Positions 9,450 through 19,359 of a stretch of DNA of 64,000 nucleotides are shown piece after piece; within the stretch, counting starts at the first letter, position 1, and each line of letters starts with the position of its first letter. The notes below the pieces were generated by a model. The model was not told the DNA's origin. It made no database searches and worked only from the letters and a program-made list of their open reading frames with translations. Made by a program: the position numbers and the translations under genes. The DNA is from Acidobacteria bacterium UBA2990 (GTDB lineage Bacteria > Acidobacteriota > Vicinamibacteria > Vicinamibacterales > UBA8438), in contig DEAE01000032.1 of the NCBI GenBank assembly GCA_002347025.1, positions 27,041 through 91,040 on the forward strand, in the 5' to 3' direction.

Positions 9450-10091
9450 ATGAGCAATTTGTCCACATTCCTCTTTGATTTAGATGGCACCCTGATCGAC
9501 TCGACAGAATTGATCATGTCATCCTTTCGATACACGATGAACGTGCATCTTGGGATGGTCCCCTCTGAGGAAGAATGGCGGGCTGGGTTTGGTACTCCAT
9601 TGCGTCCGCAGTTAGCGCGATATGCCCGAAGCGAGAAGGAACTTGTGGATATGACCGCTACCTATCGTGCTCATAACCATGAACACCATGATCGGTTGGT
9701 CAAACCCTATTCTGGCATTCGAGAAGTGATCGCTGAATTGAAAGTTCGGGGTTCTCGAATGTGCATTGTGACTAGCAAGAACAAAGTGGGTGCCGAACGT
9801 GGTTTGCGGCATTGTGCGCTCGATGGTTTCTTTGAGGCATTGGTGACTGCGGATGACGTGACTGAGCATAAGCCGTCTCCAATCCCAGTGACTGAAGGAC
9901 TATCTAGACTGAATGCTGATGCAGGACAGGCTGTGTTTGTTGGTGATTCACCTCATGATTGTCAGGCTGGGCGGTTGGCTCACGTGCTTACCGCAGGGGC
10001 TTTGTGGGGACCGTTTACCAGAGAGAAATTCAAGCCCTACTCTCCTGACTATTGGCTAGAGCACCCTCATGAAATTCTTCGACTCGAATGA
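9450..10091 (+). CDS. HAD-superfamily phosphatase (PpaX/Gph-like)
   Basis: Motifs seen: 'FLFDLDGTLIDS' (DxDxT), 'IVTSK', 'FVGDSPHD'. Confidence 0.8.
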   Translation: MSNLSTFLFDLDGTLIDSTELIMSSFRYTMNVHLGMVPSEEEWRAGFGTPLRPQLARYARSEKELVDMTATYRAHNHEHHDRLVKPYSGIREVIAELKVRGSRMCIVTSKNKVGAERGLRHCALDGFFEALVTADDVTEHKPSPIPVTEGLSRLNADAGQAVFVGDSPHDCQAGRLAHVLTAGALWGPFTREKFKPYSPDYWLEHPHEILRLE

Positions 10092-10540
10092 GTTGTTCAG
10101 GAATTATGAAGATACCAGAAGGCTATCAGCTATTCGAGTATGTCGATCCATTTGAGGATTTGGTGGGGCCACTCTGCTTCAAAGAGACCGGCACTGGTGA
10201 CTTGATTTTCGCATTTGAAGCAGGCCCGCGGCATGCGAACACGTCTGGGAAGATCCATGGTGGCATGTTGATGACCTTTGCGGACTTTGCGTTGTGCCTA
10301 ACGGCTATCCATGGTCTTCCGGGTGAACGCTGTGTCACCGTGTCGCTCAATTGCGAATTCACAGCGCCTGGTGAGGTTGGGGATTTCATCCAATCGACAG
10401 CTAAGGTGGTTCGTCGAACCCGGTCGCTAGCGTTTGTCCGTGGAGAAATCATGGCGGAGAAGAGAATATTGTTGAACTACAGTGCTATTGTGAAACGGTT
10501 GCCGCGGACGAATGCTCAACGGCGAGATAAGCTGTCTTGA
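10088..10540 (+). CDS. PaaI-family hotdog thioesterase
   Basis: The start overlaps the HAD gene stop (ATGA). The motif 'GKIHGGMLMTFADFALC' is present. Confidence 0.75.
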   Translation: MSCSGIMKIPEGYQLFEYVDPFEDLVGPLCFKETGTGDLIFAFEAGPRHANTSGKIHGGMLMTFADFALCLTAIHGLPGERCVTVSLNCEFTAPGEVGDFIQSTAKVVRRTRSLAFVRGEIMAEKRILLNYSAIVKRLPRTNAQRRDKLS

Positions 10541-10638
10541 TGTTGGTCCAGTCAGGTGTCGTTTATTCTTCTGTGGTCTGCTAGATATAATCAGGAATCT
10601 GCCGTGAAGGTTGAATGTCTTTGAAGGAGGAACCGTAG

Positions 10639-12600
10639 ATGCGTGCCAGCCATACGTTCTGGATAATTGTCCCAGGTTTGTTGCTTGTTGCTGCTAGCGC
10701 GCTTGCTCAGAATGGCGCCGTTGACGGTGAGTGGAAAAGTTTTGCTGGCGATCTTGGGAGTACGAAGTATTCGGCACTGGACCAAGTCAATGCCAATAAT
10801 GTCGGTAGTTTGGAGATCGCTTGGCGGCGCCCTCTGGTGGACCCCGCCTACACAGCGATGGATCCTGACCTGAGATTCTCTAATCAATCGAGTGCGGCGC
10901 CACTCGTTATTGGTGGAATCGGTTACGTTCCTAACACGATCGGCCTTGTGGAGGCATTTGATGTGGCCACGGGTGAAACAGTGTGGACCCAGTCCCCATT
11001 CGGAGGTGACGAAGATTTGCGCGGGGCTGGTACCCGCGGGGTGGCTTACTGGACACAGGGGAACGAAGCTCGCATTCTGTCGCAACGAGGCGAGTATTTG
11101 TATGCTTTGGATCCCATGACCGGCGAGTTATTCGAAAACTTTGGGGACGACGGACGGGTGCATCTGACTATCGGTCTATCAGAGGGGGCACGGTATCGCT
11201 GGGGTGGTGCTCCGACGGTGGTGCAGGACGTGGTTGTGCTGGGGCAATCCATGTCAGATACCTTCCAGACGAAGGAAGCAATTCGCGGCGACGTGAGAGC
11301 GTTTGACGTGCGGACTGGTGAACTACGTTGGGTGTTTCACACGATTCCCCAAGCAGGAGAGTTTGGTACCGATACTTGGGAAGACGATTCTTGGGAGTAC
11401 TCCGGACACGCTCCCGTTTGGTCGTTGTTTAGTGCGGATGAAGAGCTAGGCTACATCTATATGCCTGTGACCTCTCCGACCAACGATATGTACGGTGGGC
11501 ATCGTGGTGGGGATAACTTATATGGGCAGAGTCTCGTTTGTGTTGATGCTGCTTCTGGTGAGCGCGTTTGGCACTTTCAAACTGTTCACCATGGGCTCTG
11601 GGATTATGACCTCCCTGCAGCGCCGATTCTGATGGACATCACGGTTGATGGCCGTGAAATCAAGGCTGTAGCTCAACTTACGAAGCAGGCGTTCGTGTTT
11701 GTATTCGATCGAGAAACGGGACAGCCGATTTGGCCCATTGAGGAGCGCCCGGTACCTCAGTCTGGTGTTCCTGGGGAGCTAACCTCGCTGACGCAGCCTT
11801 TTCCGACAAAGCCACCAGCGTTTGACCGACAAGGTGCGACTATCGACAACTTGATCGACTTCACGCCTGAGCTACGAGCTGAGGCGGTAGCGATTACCGA
11901 ACGTTATGTGATTGGTCCCATGTTCACCCCTCCATCTGTTCGCGGGGACGGTCCGAATGACAGGCAGGGGACAATTCAACTGCCTGGGTCGCAGGGCGGA
12001 GCCGATGTCCAGGGCGGCGCCTTTGATCCCGAAACGGGGATGTTATACATCCCGTCGATTACATCGCCGTTTGTTGCGGATGTTCTTGAGGGAAATCCGG
12101 ATCGCACGAATCTGGCCTATGTGAAAGGTAGCCGCCAATGGATAGGGGGGCCCCGCGGACTGCCCCTGTTTAAACCGCCTTATGGTCGCATTACGGCTAT
12201 CGATATGAATAGAGGTGAGATCGTTTGGATGACCCCTAACGGTGATGGTCCGCGCAATCACCCGGCCATCCGTCATCTTAACCTCGGTCCACTTGGCGGG
12301 CCGGGTCGCCCTGGCCCTCTTTTGACTAAGACCCTATTGTTTCTAGGAGAAGGTTCGACCAATCTACCTGGTGGCGCCAGGGTGCCAGAAGGGATGCCTC
12401 CTGAGATCGTTACCAATTATGGGGGGCGGATGTTTCGAGCGTACGATAAGTCTACCGGTGACATAGTCTGGGAAACGGAATTACCTGCTGGAACACTGGC
12501 ACCACCGGTTACCTATGAAGCAGATGGTAAGCAGTATCTCTTGGTCTCTTCAGGTGATGTTAATACTTCTGGAGAAATTTTGGCGTTTGCTCTTCCGTAA
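10639..12600 (+). CDS. soluble periplasmic PQQ-dependent dehydrogenase (glucose/quinate-type beta-propeller)
   Basis: There is a signal peptide ending 'ASALAQNG'. The motif 'WKSFAGDLGSTKYSALDQVNANNVGSLEIAWR' is followed by repeated W-containing propeller blades. It is a paralogue of 25728..27851. Confidence 0.85.
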   Translation: MRASHTFWIIVPGLLLVAASALAQNGAVDGEWKSFAGDLGSTKYSALDQVNANNVGSLEIAWRRPLVDPAYTAMDPDLRFSNQSSAAPLVIGGIGYVPNTIGLVEAFDVATGETVWTQSPFGGDEDLRGAGTRGVAYWTQGNEARILSQRGEYLYALDPMTGELFENFGDDGRVHLTIGLSEGARYRWGGAPTVVQDVVVLGQSMSDTFQTKEAIRGDVRAFDVRTGELRWVFHTIPQAGEFGTDTWEDDSWEYSGHAPVWSLFSADEELGYIYMPVTSPTNDMYGGHRGGDNLYGQSLVCVDAASGERVWHFQTVHHGLWDYDLPAAPILMDITVDGREIKAVAQLTKQAFVFVFDRETGQPIWPIEERPVPQSGVPGELTSLTQPFPTKPPAFDRQGATIDNLIDFTPELRAEAVAITERYVIGPMFTPPSVRGDGPNDRQGTIQLPGSQGGADVQGGAFDPETGMLYIPSITSPFVADVLEGNPDRTNLAYVKGSRQWIGGPRGLPLFKPPYGRITAIDMNRGEIVWMTPNGDGPRNHPAIRHLNLGPLGGPGRPGPLLTKTLLFLGEGSTNLPGGARVPEGMPPEIVTNYGGRMFRAYDKSTGDIVWETELPAGTLAPPVTYEADGKQYLLVSSGDVNTSGEILAFALP

Positions 12601-12833
12601 GTATTTTGCATATTGGATGATGTGTTGTCGATCTGACAGTTGAGTCGTTTCTAGGTAACATCGGACGTTTCGCGCTTGCAATCGTGCTGGTGTTCGCTTG
12701 CTCGGAGGGTCGAGTGCTCTAGGTGCTGTCGTGTGACCATCTGTGTGCACTGTATGCAGTTCATCGAGTTGGGTTCATTCCTTCTTTCGCGGCACGTGGA
12801 GTAAGAGTGTGCCAGCGGGTTCACTCCCGCATC

Positions 12834-15098
12834 ATGTCTAGTTCACTTCGACAGAAACTCCGCACGTGGGGACCACTGCTTATAGCGGTCGCTGCGGTTG
12901 TTTGGCAGTTGCGTGCCTTTTTGGTCATTCACACGTTGCCTGCGCGTGGTGATCCGACACTTTCATTTCAGGGTAGTGACCTGACTCCAAATGGTGCCCC
13001 TTGGCTTCGTGTAGCGATAAACGCGGTCTGGCACGAGGGGCAACTGGCTTTCTGGAATCCATTTACCAATGCTGGAGCACCGCAGTTTGAAGCACCAGAA
13101 GCCAGTGCATTGAGTTTGGCGACATTCCTAGGTGGCTTTGTTCCCGTTGAAGCAGCAGTGAAGTGGGGGGCAGTCGCTCATGTAGTTGTCGGAATGCTTG
13201 GCGTTTTTGCCATGGCTCGGCGGTTGCATATTGCTGCAATGTTTGCTGCCGTTGGCGCATTTGCGTTTGGTATTGGGACATATCTTCTTGATCATTTTCG
13301 GGCGGGTCATCTGAGCTATGTCGAACCCATGTGTTTAGCACCATGGGCGATGTTTTTCTTGTGGGCTGCTGTGAGTAGCCGATCCCTTTGGTGGAGATAT
13401 GCCGTCGGGGTAGGTGTCGTGACTGGACTGCAGGTGCTTGAAGGAGGGTCAAGCGTCGTCCTGTACACAGTGTTCGTGTTTTTCCTACTTATTTTTACTT
13501 CGATCGGTCTAGGGTTTTTACCTAGGATACTGAACATCGGTCGTGTGGGCTTGGTATCCGCGGTGTGCTTTGTTATGACTGCTGCACCAAAGATGTTGCC
13601 GATGCTTGCTTACCTCGAACTTACCGGACGGGGTGGGGGGCTGTCACTAGAACAATCTTCGGTTGGCATCAGTGAAGTGGCCCATCCGTTGCCGTCAGTG
13701 ATGGCGGTAGCTGTGATGTGTGTGGGTCTGGGTTGGTTTCTGGTGAAGGGGCCAAGCCGTGCCGGGTTGTGGCTTGCGTTATCGGTGCTGTTGGGCATTG
13801 GAGCGGCAACGATGTCACCGATCTACGAATTTCTTTGGTTGTACATTCCAGGATTTCGGTATCAGAGAATACCTGAGCGCGCCTTGGTGATGGTCGCGCT
13901 CTCTGGGCCGCTGCTACTTGCGTCCGGGATGGAAGGCATATGGCAGCTATTACGTGCGAGGGCATGGGGCGTTGGCCTGTTTGCCATATTGTTTATCGCG
14001 TTTGTTAACGAGGCATGGTCCATAGCTCCGGATACCCCACCCATGGCTGACCCTCGTGTCGAGCGTGAGGCAAACCACGCAATGCGCTGGTTGGCTGATC
14101 ATGCGTCGGGTAGCCGCGTTCACATTTGGGAGTCTCCAGATCGGCATTGGGGAGCGGACAATATCACTGTTCCGCTGGGGCTTGAGGCCATCACAAGCTA
14201 CACGCCTAGTGAGCATCGTGACTATTTGCCAGGTGATTTTGATCAGGCAGGTCATCGAACGTTTTTGGGAGAGAGCTATTTACATCCTGCCAGACTCTGG
14301 GGATTGCTGAACGTCCGTTACGTGTTGTCAACAGCTATCAGATCTGTTCCTGGATTGGGGCTTGAACTTGAAGTCGAACGATGTCCGGTTGAGGTGTGTC
14401 AGCCTGGCAAGTCTTCGGGGCCGTATATCTATGAGAATGAGTACTGGCTGCCGAGGGGCTGGGTCGCTTCACGAGCCATAGGATTCGTAGGGCCTGAGCG
14501 GCCCGTGTTTGAAGCAGTCCTTGATGTATTGCGCATGCCTCAATTTGATCCTGTTACTACTGTGCTGTTGCATCTCACACCTAACGACATCGTTCCTCCT
14601 GTCGACGGACTCTTCGCGGTTGGCGATGAGGTTCGTAATGTAGTGTCCTGGGGTAGTCCTGAAGCAAAACAGTTGTTGTTGCGTCTCTTGGAGCAGGAGC
14701 CTTTGGATTTGCAACCGGCGACCTTTTCGCGACATGACAACAACCACCTTGAGTTCGGAGCCACTGCTAACGGTTGGCTGGTTGCATCTGAGAAGCTGGC
14801 GTTGTATCCGGGCTGGTCTGGGAATGTTGGAGGGGTTCCGGTAGATATCGTTAGGGCTAATGGCGTGCTTGGGGCTATAAGGGTTGGCGATGGTGATGTT
14901 GTTAGATTTTCTTATGAGCCCAGATATTTCCGGATTGGTGTAGGTTTGTTGGTGGTGATGGTTCTGTCTGTTACGGCGGTTGAGTTTTACTACCGGTTTA
15001 GCCGAGGCGATCGTAGGCTTGCTAGTTCCTTATCGGTGCATGACAGAACTTCTGGAGGATTCGAAAAGGTCCATCCTACGAGAGAGGAGACGGGCTAA
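12834..15098 (+). CDS. large polytopic membrane protein, YfhO-like GT-C candidate
   Basis: ATG 12834 begins 'MSSSLRQKLRTWGPLLIAVAAV' (the ORF opens at 12723). About 12 hydrophobic segments are followed by a soluble C-terminal half of about 300 aa. The loop 'LAFWNPFTNAGAPQF' is present. Confidence 0.55.
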   Translation: MSSSLRQKLRTWGPLLIAVAAVVWQLRAFLVIHTLPARGDPTLSFQGSDLTPNGAPWLRVAINAVWHEGQLAFWNPFTNAGAPQFEAPEASALSLATFLGGFVPVEAAVKWGAVAHVVVGMLGVFAMARRLHIAAMFAAVGAFAFGIGTYLLDHFRAGHLSYVEPMCLAPWAMFFLWAAVSSRSLWWRYAVGVGVVTGLQVLEGGSSVVLYTVFVFFLLIFTSIGLGFLPRILNIGRVGLVSAVCFVMTAAPKMLPMLAYLELTGRGGGLSLEQSSVGISEVAHPLPSVMAVAVMCVGLGWFLVKGPSRAGLWLALSVLLGIGAATMSPIYEFLWLYIPGFRYQRIPERALVMVALSGPLLLASGMEGIWQLLRARAWGVGLFAILFIAFVNEAWSIAPDTPPMADPRVEREANHAMRWLADHASGSRVHIWESPDRHWGADNITVPLGLEAITSYTPSEHRDYLPGDFDQAGHRTFLGESYLHPARLWGLLNVRYVLSTAIRSVPGLGLELEVERCPVEVCQPGKSSGPYIYENEYWLPRGWVASRAIGFVGPERPVFEAVLDVLRMPQFDPVTTVLLHLTPNDIVPPVDGLFAVGDEVRNVVSWGSPEAKQLLLRLLEQEPLDLQPATFSRHDNNHLEFGATANGWLVASEKLALYPGWSGNVGGVPVDIVRANGVLGAIRVGDGDVVRFSYEPRYFRIGVGLLVVMVLSVTAVEFYYRFSRGDRRLASSLSVHDRTSGGFEKVHPTREETG

Positions 15099-16615
15099 TG
15101 ACCTCTGGGTCGGAGACTAAGCCGTTACGCTCTCAAGGTCGCCCATTGATTCGTGTGGAGTCTGACGCTTCCTGGCGGTCGGTTCGTTCTGCCCACAGAT
15201 TCACTGCGCTGGCGTTGGGGATATTTTATTTGGCGGTCATGAATGGTCATATGTCCAGTATGGATGGACTCTATATGGTTCGCCAAGCCTACGCCTTTGT
15301 GTTTGACCATTCTATTCAGTTCCAGTTCCCGGTATGGACCTGGAGGCCCGAGCCGACGTGGAACAGTATGTATGGGATCGGGTTGTCTTTATTGTATGTA
15401 CCTGGTGTGTTCGCGTCGAAGGCTTTGTGGCCTTGGGTGCCGATTTCTGTAGAGGCTCCGACGGATGTCTATGAGTTTTATTTGCGCGAGTTGTATCAGG
15501 ACCCTCTTTATGCGGTTGGTGTGTGCTGGGTTCATGCGTTGGTGGTAGCGACTGCTGCTTATCTGGTAGCTCGCCTGATCACCGAGTTCGGATGCAGTGG
15601 AAGGGCTGCTCTGTGGGGTATGGGTTTCTATGGCCTCGGGTCGTCTGCGCTCGTGTATTCTCGAGGTGATTTTGCACAGCCTTTGGAGGGCCTCTGCTGG
15701 ATCGCGACGTTACTGTTCGCTGTTCGCTTTCGGGCTAAGGGAGAATGGCCTTCATTGGTCGCTTGTGCGGTGGCAGCTTCTTATGCAATCCTGACGAGGC
15801 CATTTGAAGGCTTGCTGCTTCTTCCGATCGCCATGGTGTTTTTGTGGCCGAATGGATTCTCTTTTCAACGGATCCAGGAACTATTAAAACCGTTGTTTGT
15901 GTTGGGTGGTGGTGCAATGGTTGGCGCTGTGGTAACGCTGCTCGTCAACTACCTGCGCTTCGGCGAGTTCCTGCGTTTTGGTTACGACGCGGACAACACA
16001 TGGGTGGCTCCCAGTTTCGAAAGATGGGCCGGAGCCCTCGTCAGCCCAGGGCGAGGTCTCATCTGGGAGTTTCCAGCGGTGGTGCTGGTTCCACTTGGCC
16101 TAGTTGTCCTGGCAAGCCGTGGTCGGACACGCGAAGCGGTTGCAATTCTGGTCCTCTCGGTAACCCTTCTCGCTAGTACCGTTGCCTGGTATATGTGGTG
16201 GGGAGGTTGGTGCTGGGGACTCCGACTCTTTGGACCGGCAATTCCACTACTTGCGGTGGTGGCTGGTTGTGGAGTCGAGCGTCTATCAGAAAAGACTAGT
16301 GGTTGGGTGCCAGCACTCCTTCTTGCCCTTGGCCTGCTTTGGGCGGTTCCAGGAGTTGTTACCGACATACTTGGAGGCTTCGGCAACCTTGGAGATGGCA
16401 ACGTTTGGCAGCTTGCGGCGTATCCTCTATATGGTGCTTGGCAATTCTTGGAGCGTGTCTTCGCTGAGTCGTTTCAGGACGCTGGTGCCGTGGATATCCT
16501 TTGGTTTCGGATGGTTCACAGGACCGGCTGGATGTCATTGCTTATCCCGGTCGCGTTGCTAGCTATCTCAAGCATGCTCCTCAAACGGAGCTTTAATCTC
16601 CTAAGGACAAACTAA
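15098..16615 (+). CDS. polytopic membrane protein, GT-C-like candidate
   Basis: It overlaps the upstream gene by 1 nt (TAATG). It has more than 10 hydrophobic segments. The first loop reads 'SSMDGLYMVRQAYAFVFDHS...SMYGIGLSLLYVPG'. Confidence 0.5.
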   Translation: MTSGSETKPLRSQGRPLIRVESDASWRSVRSAHRFTALALGIFYLAVMNGHMSSMDGLYMVRQAYAFVFDHSIQFQFPVWTWRPEPTWNSMYGIGLSLLYVPGVFASKALWPWVPISVEAPTDVYEFYLRELYQDPLYAVGVCWVHALVVATAAYLVARLITEFGCSGRAALWGMGFYGLGSSALVYSRGDFAQPLEGLCWIATLLFAVRFRAKGEWPSLVACAVAASYAILTRPFEGLLLLPIAMVFLWPNGFSFQRIQELLKPLFVLGGGAMVGAVVTLLVNYLRFGEFLRFGYDADNTWVAPSFERWAGALVSPGRGLIWEFPAVVLVPLGLVVLASRGRTREAVAILVLSVTLLASTVAWYMWWGGWCWGLRLFGPAIPLLAVVAGCGVERLSEKTSGWVPALLLALGLLWAVPGVVTDILGGFGNLGDGNVWQLAAYPLYGAWQFLERVFAESFQDAGAVDILWFRMVHRTGWMSLLIPVALLAISSMLLKRSFNLLRTN

Positions 16616-16696
16616 AGGTAGAGTTGCTGATTCGTTTGGACCGAGACAGCCTTTAGTCTACGGCTAACGCATCGATGCCATCGCTAGGCTGAGGAG

Positions 16697-17179
16697 TCAT
16701 GAGGGCTTGGGTTCCTGGGAAAGGAGCCTGGGGATTAGGAGCAGGGCGATGCTTGCTACCCAGCCCAAGAGACTCAAGTTCAACAGGATGCGGCTTCGAA
16801 AGATCACAAATTGATCGCCAATCCACAAATGAACCTGCGGCGGGTCCTCAAGGGAAAATGTTCCTCGATTGATGTAAGCGGTATCTTCTACAAGGGGGTG
16901 CAATACAATGCGCTGCAAATTCGCAGCCTCCGAGTCTAGGAGGAAATAACTTGCCGTGTTCGGTTCTCGTATTTCGTGTAAAAGGAGAGCCAGCTCCCGT
17001 TCGGTGTTATTTCGCTGTTCATCGGCCGTGTCTGGAAACCAACGTACATTGATTGTCGGGACCGTCCTGCCGGTCGTGAACCAGAGCAGGCTCAGCGTAA
17101 TGAGCCAGATCGAGCAGGTTGTCATGACCGCAAAGGCCAGCTTTCTTACTAATGGGTTAGAAACAAAATTTGTTGGCAT
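16697..17179 (-). CDS. hypothetical bitopic membrane protein
   Basis: The 160-aa ORF has N- and C-terminal hydrophobic helices flanking a domain of about 90 aa. There is no clear SD. Confidence 0.4.
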   Translation of the reverse strand: MPTNFVSNPLVRKLAFAVMTTCSIWLITLSLLWFTTGRTVPTINVRWFPDTADEQRNNTERELALLLHEIREPNTASYFLLDSEAANLQRIVLHPLVEDTAYINRGTFSLEDPPQVHLWIGDQFVIFRSRILLNLSLLGWVASIALLLIPRLLSQEPKPS

Positions 17180-17381
17180 GAAAAACCTGTATTGATGAAC
17201 TAGGGTGCTTATCTTACAAACCTCGAGTGCCGGATGGGTCTATCTTAATAGTTTATTGGGTCGAACGGTTGGCAAGTGCTTTACGGTGTACTTTATGCGA
17301 GGGCCTTTGATTATTTCTTGGCGAATTCGTGGCTGTCCTGTGTCGACTGGGGGGCAGTTGTAGGGCACTAGAAATTCCCGT

Positions 17382-19118
17382 TTAACGGCATCCGACACCT
17401 TGTTGGTCCGTTCTACGATCGAGCAATGCCTCATTGTACTGATCAGCAGAAAAGACCATGAGTAGAGGTACTTGCAGGTCCTGATCTACATTTTCCCCAA
17501 GATGGCCAGCGTAGCTTACGTAGACCGGTTTGGTACTGTTGAATAGTGTTCTTTCGACTGCATCAAAAAGACTTTGGCGATTCTGCATTACATACCATTG
17601 GAAGTTCTCTTCGTCTGGGTTGGTGGTGTCAACTTGCAAATGCCCCCACTCCTGAAGCCGTGAAAGATTGTTAGCTGATAGACGGGAAAACGCAACAGCA
17701 GAGCCTGGGGTCGTGTTGGTGTTGAGCCAGGAAAGCGCATCGTTGTCGAGGGCGTCCCACCAATACGTTGGTTCCATTCCGAGTTGGCTGGCTCCTCTTA
17801 CCCCGCCCACCAGAAGGTTGTAGTGAGACAGGTTTTGTGGGTAGTAGCGGGCTAGGTTGACGCCAGCACCGATAAGTGCTGCCCATATGATGCAATGGGC
17901 GATTCGCTTGCGCCACAGGGTTAGGGGAATGACCATGTCCCAGGTCCGCTGTGCTCCGATGCCGGCAAGTAGACACCACAGACCAAAGGAAGGAAGGAAC
18001 AAGCGGATGCCGTCGTGCGGTGGAGCGCCTGGTAGGGCTCTGAGAATCATCAGCGTAGCCCAGTGCAGCAGTAGTGCAGTGGATACCGCCTGAGTGGACC
18101 GAGCCGCTTCAGAAGTCACCTTCGAGATGCAAGCAGTGCGGAGACAGTAGAAGAAGCCGATAAAACCCAGCACCAATGTTGGGAGTGGCGTGGTTATTAG
18201 CAACCAGGTTAGGGTGTTGTGCCACGGGAGTGTGCTCAGTAGGTCATAGCATTGGCCTAAAAAGAAGGTCGGAATATTGTTGTTTGAAGCGGTACGAGTG
18301 AGGTTGAGTTGGAAGTGGGTTACTAGGCCATCGATCGGAGAGTGCCACATCGGTGGGTTTACTAGACAGAAGGTGAGTAGCCCGACAGCTACCGTCATTG
18401 CGATCCACCGCCATTTAACTGGGTTCTGCTTTAAAATATGAAACAGAACAAGAGGAACCCAGGAGAGCCAACCTGTGAACTTGGTAGCACTCGTAAGGCC
18501 AGCGATGATACCGATAACAATCGAGGCCCGGTTGCTGCTACTTAAGGACGAGCCTACAGCCCAAAGTATGAGCCACCAGGCCGTTAACTGGCCATCCAGA
18601 GTCGCAAAATGTGCGTGAGAGAAGATTCTCTGGAAGGTCACTAATGCGACAGGGCCGACGATCGCTGCAAGAGAGCCGTAATCTTTCTTCAGGCGGATTG
18701 CGACGAAACCACAGGCAAGGCTAAAGATAGTAATGGGTCCTATGCGAGCTGCTATTAGAGGACTTAGGAGATCTGAGAAAGCGGCTCTGCTTAGAATGAT
18801 GGGAATCGAAAACCATGCCGGGTGTCCCTCACTATAAATGGTGAACAGCCATTGACGCCTGATGGTAGCTTCCGAGAAAGATTCGATAGTGTCCCTAAGA
18901 CTCGACGAGTTCGCGACTCGTTGAAACCATTGGCTGACCTCTTCGGCGCGATAGAGATACTCGGCTTCGTCCCAGACGAGTGGAATGCCTGGAGTGGTGG
19001 CAACTAGGAACAACCAGACTCCCAAAGTAGTGGTCACTGCAAATCGCCAACTCCAGGTAGTTGGAGCCACACCGATCCTTTGCGATTCGCTTATGGCTTG
19101 CGAGCTTTGTGTGGACAC
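17382..19118 (-). CDS. GT39/ArnT-like (PMT_2-type) glycosyltransferase candidate
   Basis: GTG start. The acidic first-loop motif 'PLVWDEAEYLYRAEE' is present, with more than 10 hydrophobic segments and a soluble C-terminal domain. Confidence 0.65.
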   Translation of the reverse strand: MSTQSSQAISESQRIGVAPTTWSWRFAVTTTLGVWLFLVATTPGIPLVWDEAEYLYRAEEVSQWFQRVANSSSLRDTIESFSEATIRRQWLFTIYSEGHPAWFSIPIILSRAAFSDLLSPLIAARIGPITIFSLACGFVAIRLKKDYGSLAAIVGPVALVTFQRIFSHAHFATLDGQLTAWWLILWAVGSSLSSSNRASIVIGIIAGLTSATKFTGWLSWVPLVLFHILKQNPVKWRWIAMTVAVGLLTFCLVNPPMWHSPIDGLVTHFQLNLTRTASNNNIPTFFLGQCYDLLSTLPWHNTLTWLLITTPLPTLVLGFIGFFYCLRTACISKVTSEAARSTQAVSTALLLHWATLMILRALPGAPPHDGIRLFLPSFGLWCLLAGIGAQRTWDMVIPLTLWRKRIAHCIIWAALIGAGVNLARYYPQNLSHYNLLVGGVRGASQLGMEPTYWWDALDNDALSWLNTNTTPGSAVAFSRLSANNLSRLQEWGHLQVDTTNPDEENFQWYVMQNRQSLFDAVERTLFNSTKPVYVSYAGHLGENVDQDLQVPLLMVFSADQYNEALLDRRTDQQGVGCR

Positions 19119-19359
19119 GTTGGCACTTTGCGGAAGAGACAGTTCGAGAAACTATTTAGTTTAGGGAACCCGTGAGCTTGCCGAAATGACCGTTTGAAGA
19201 TCTCGTAGGATAGACTGTTTCAGTCGAGTGGGTGAGGCCTCATTTCATGTTTGATAAATGCAATGCAACCAAATATATACCAATATATTTAATATTTACA
19301 TAGATCTACGCATCAGGCTATGGCCACAGGATTGAAGAGAGTGCATCTCTCCTAGAATC

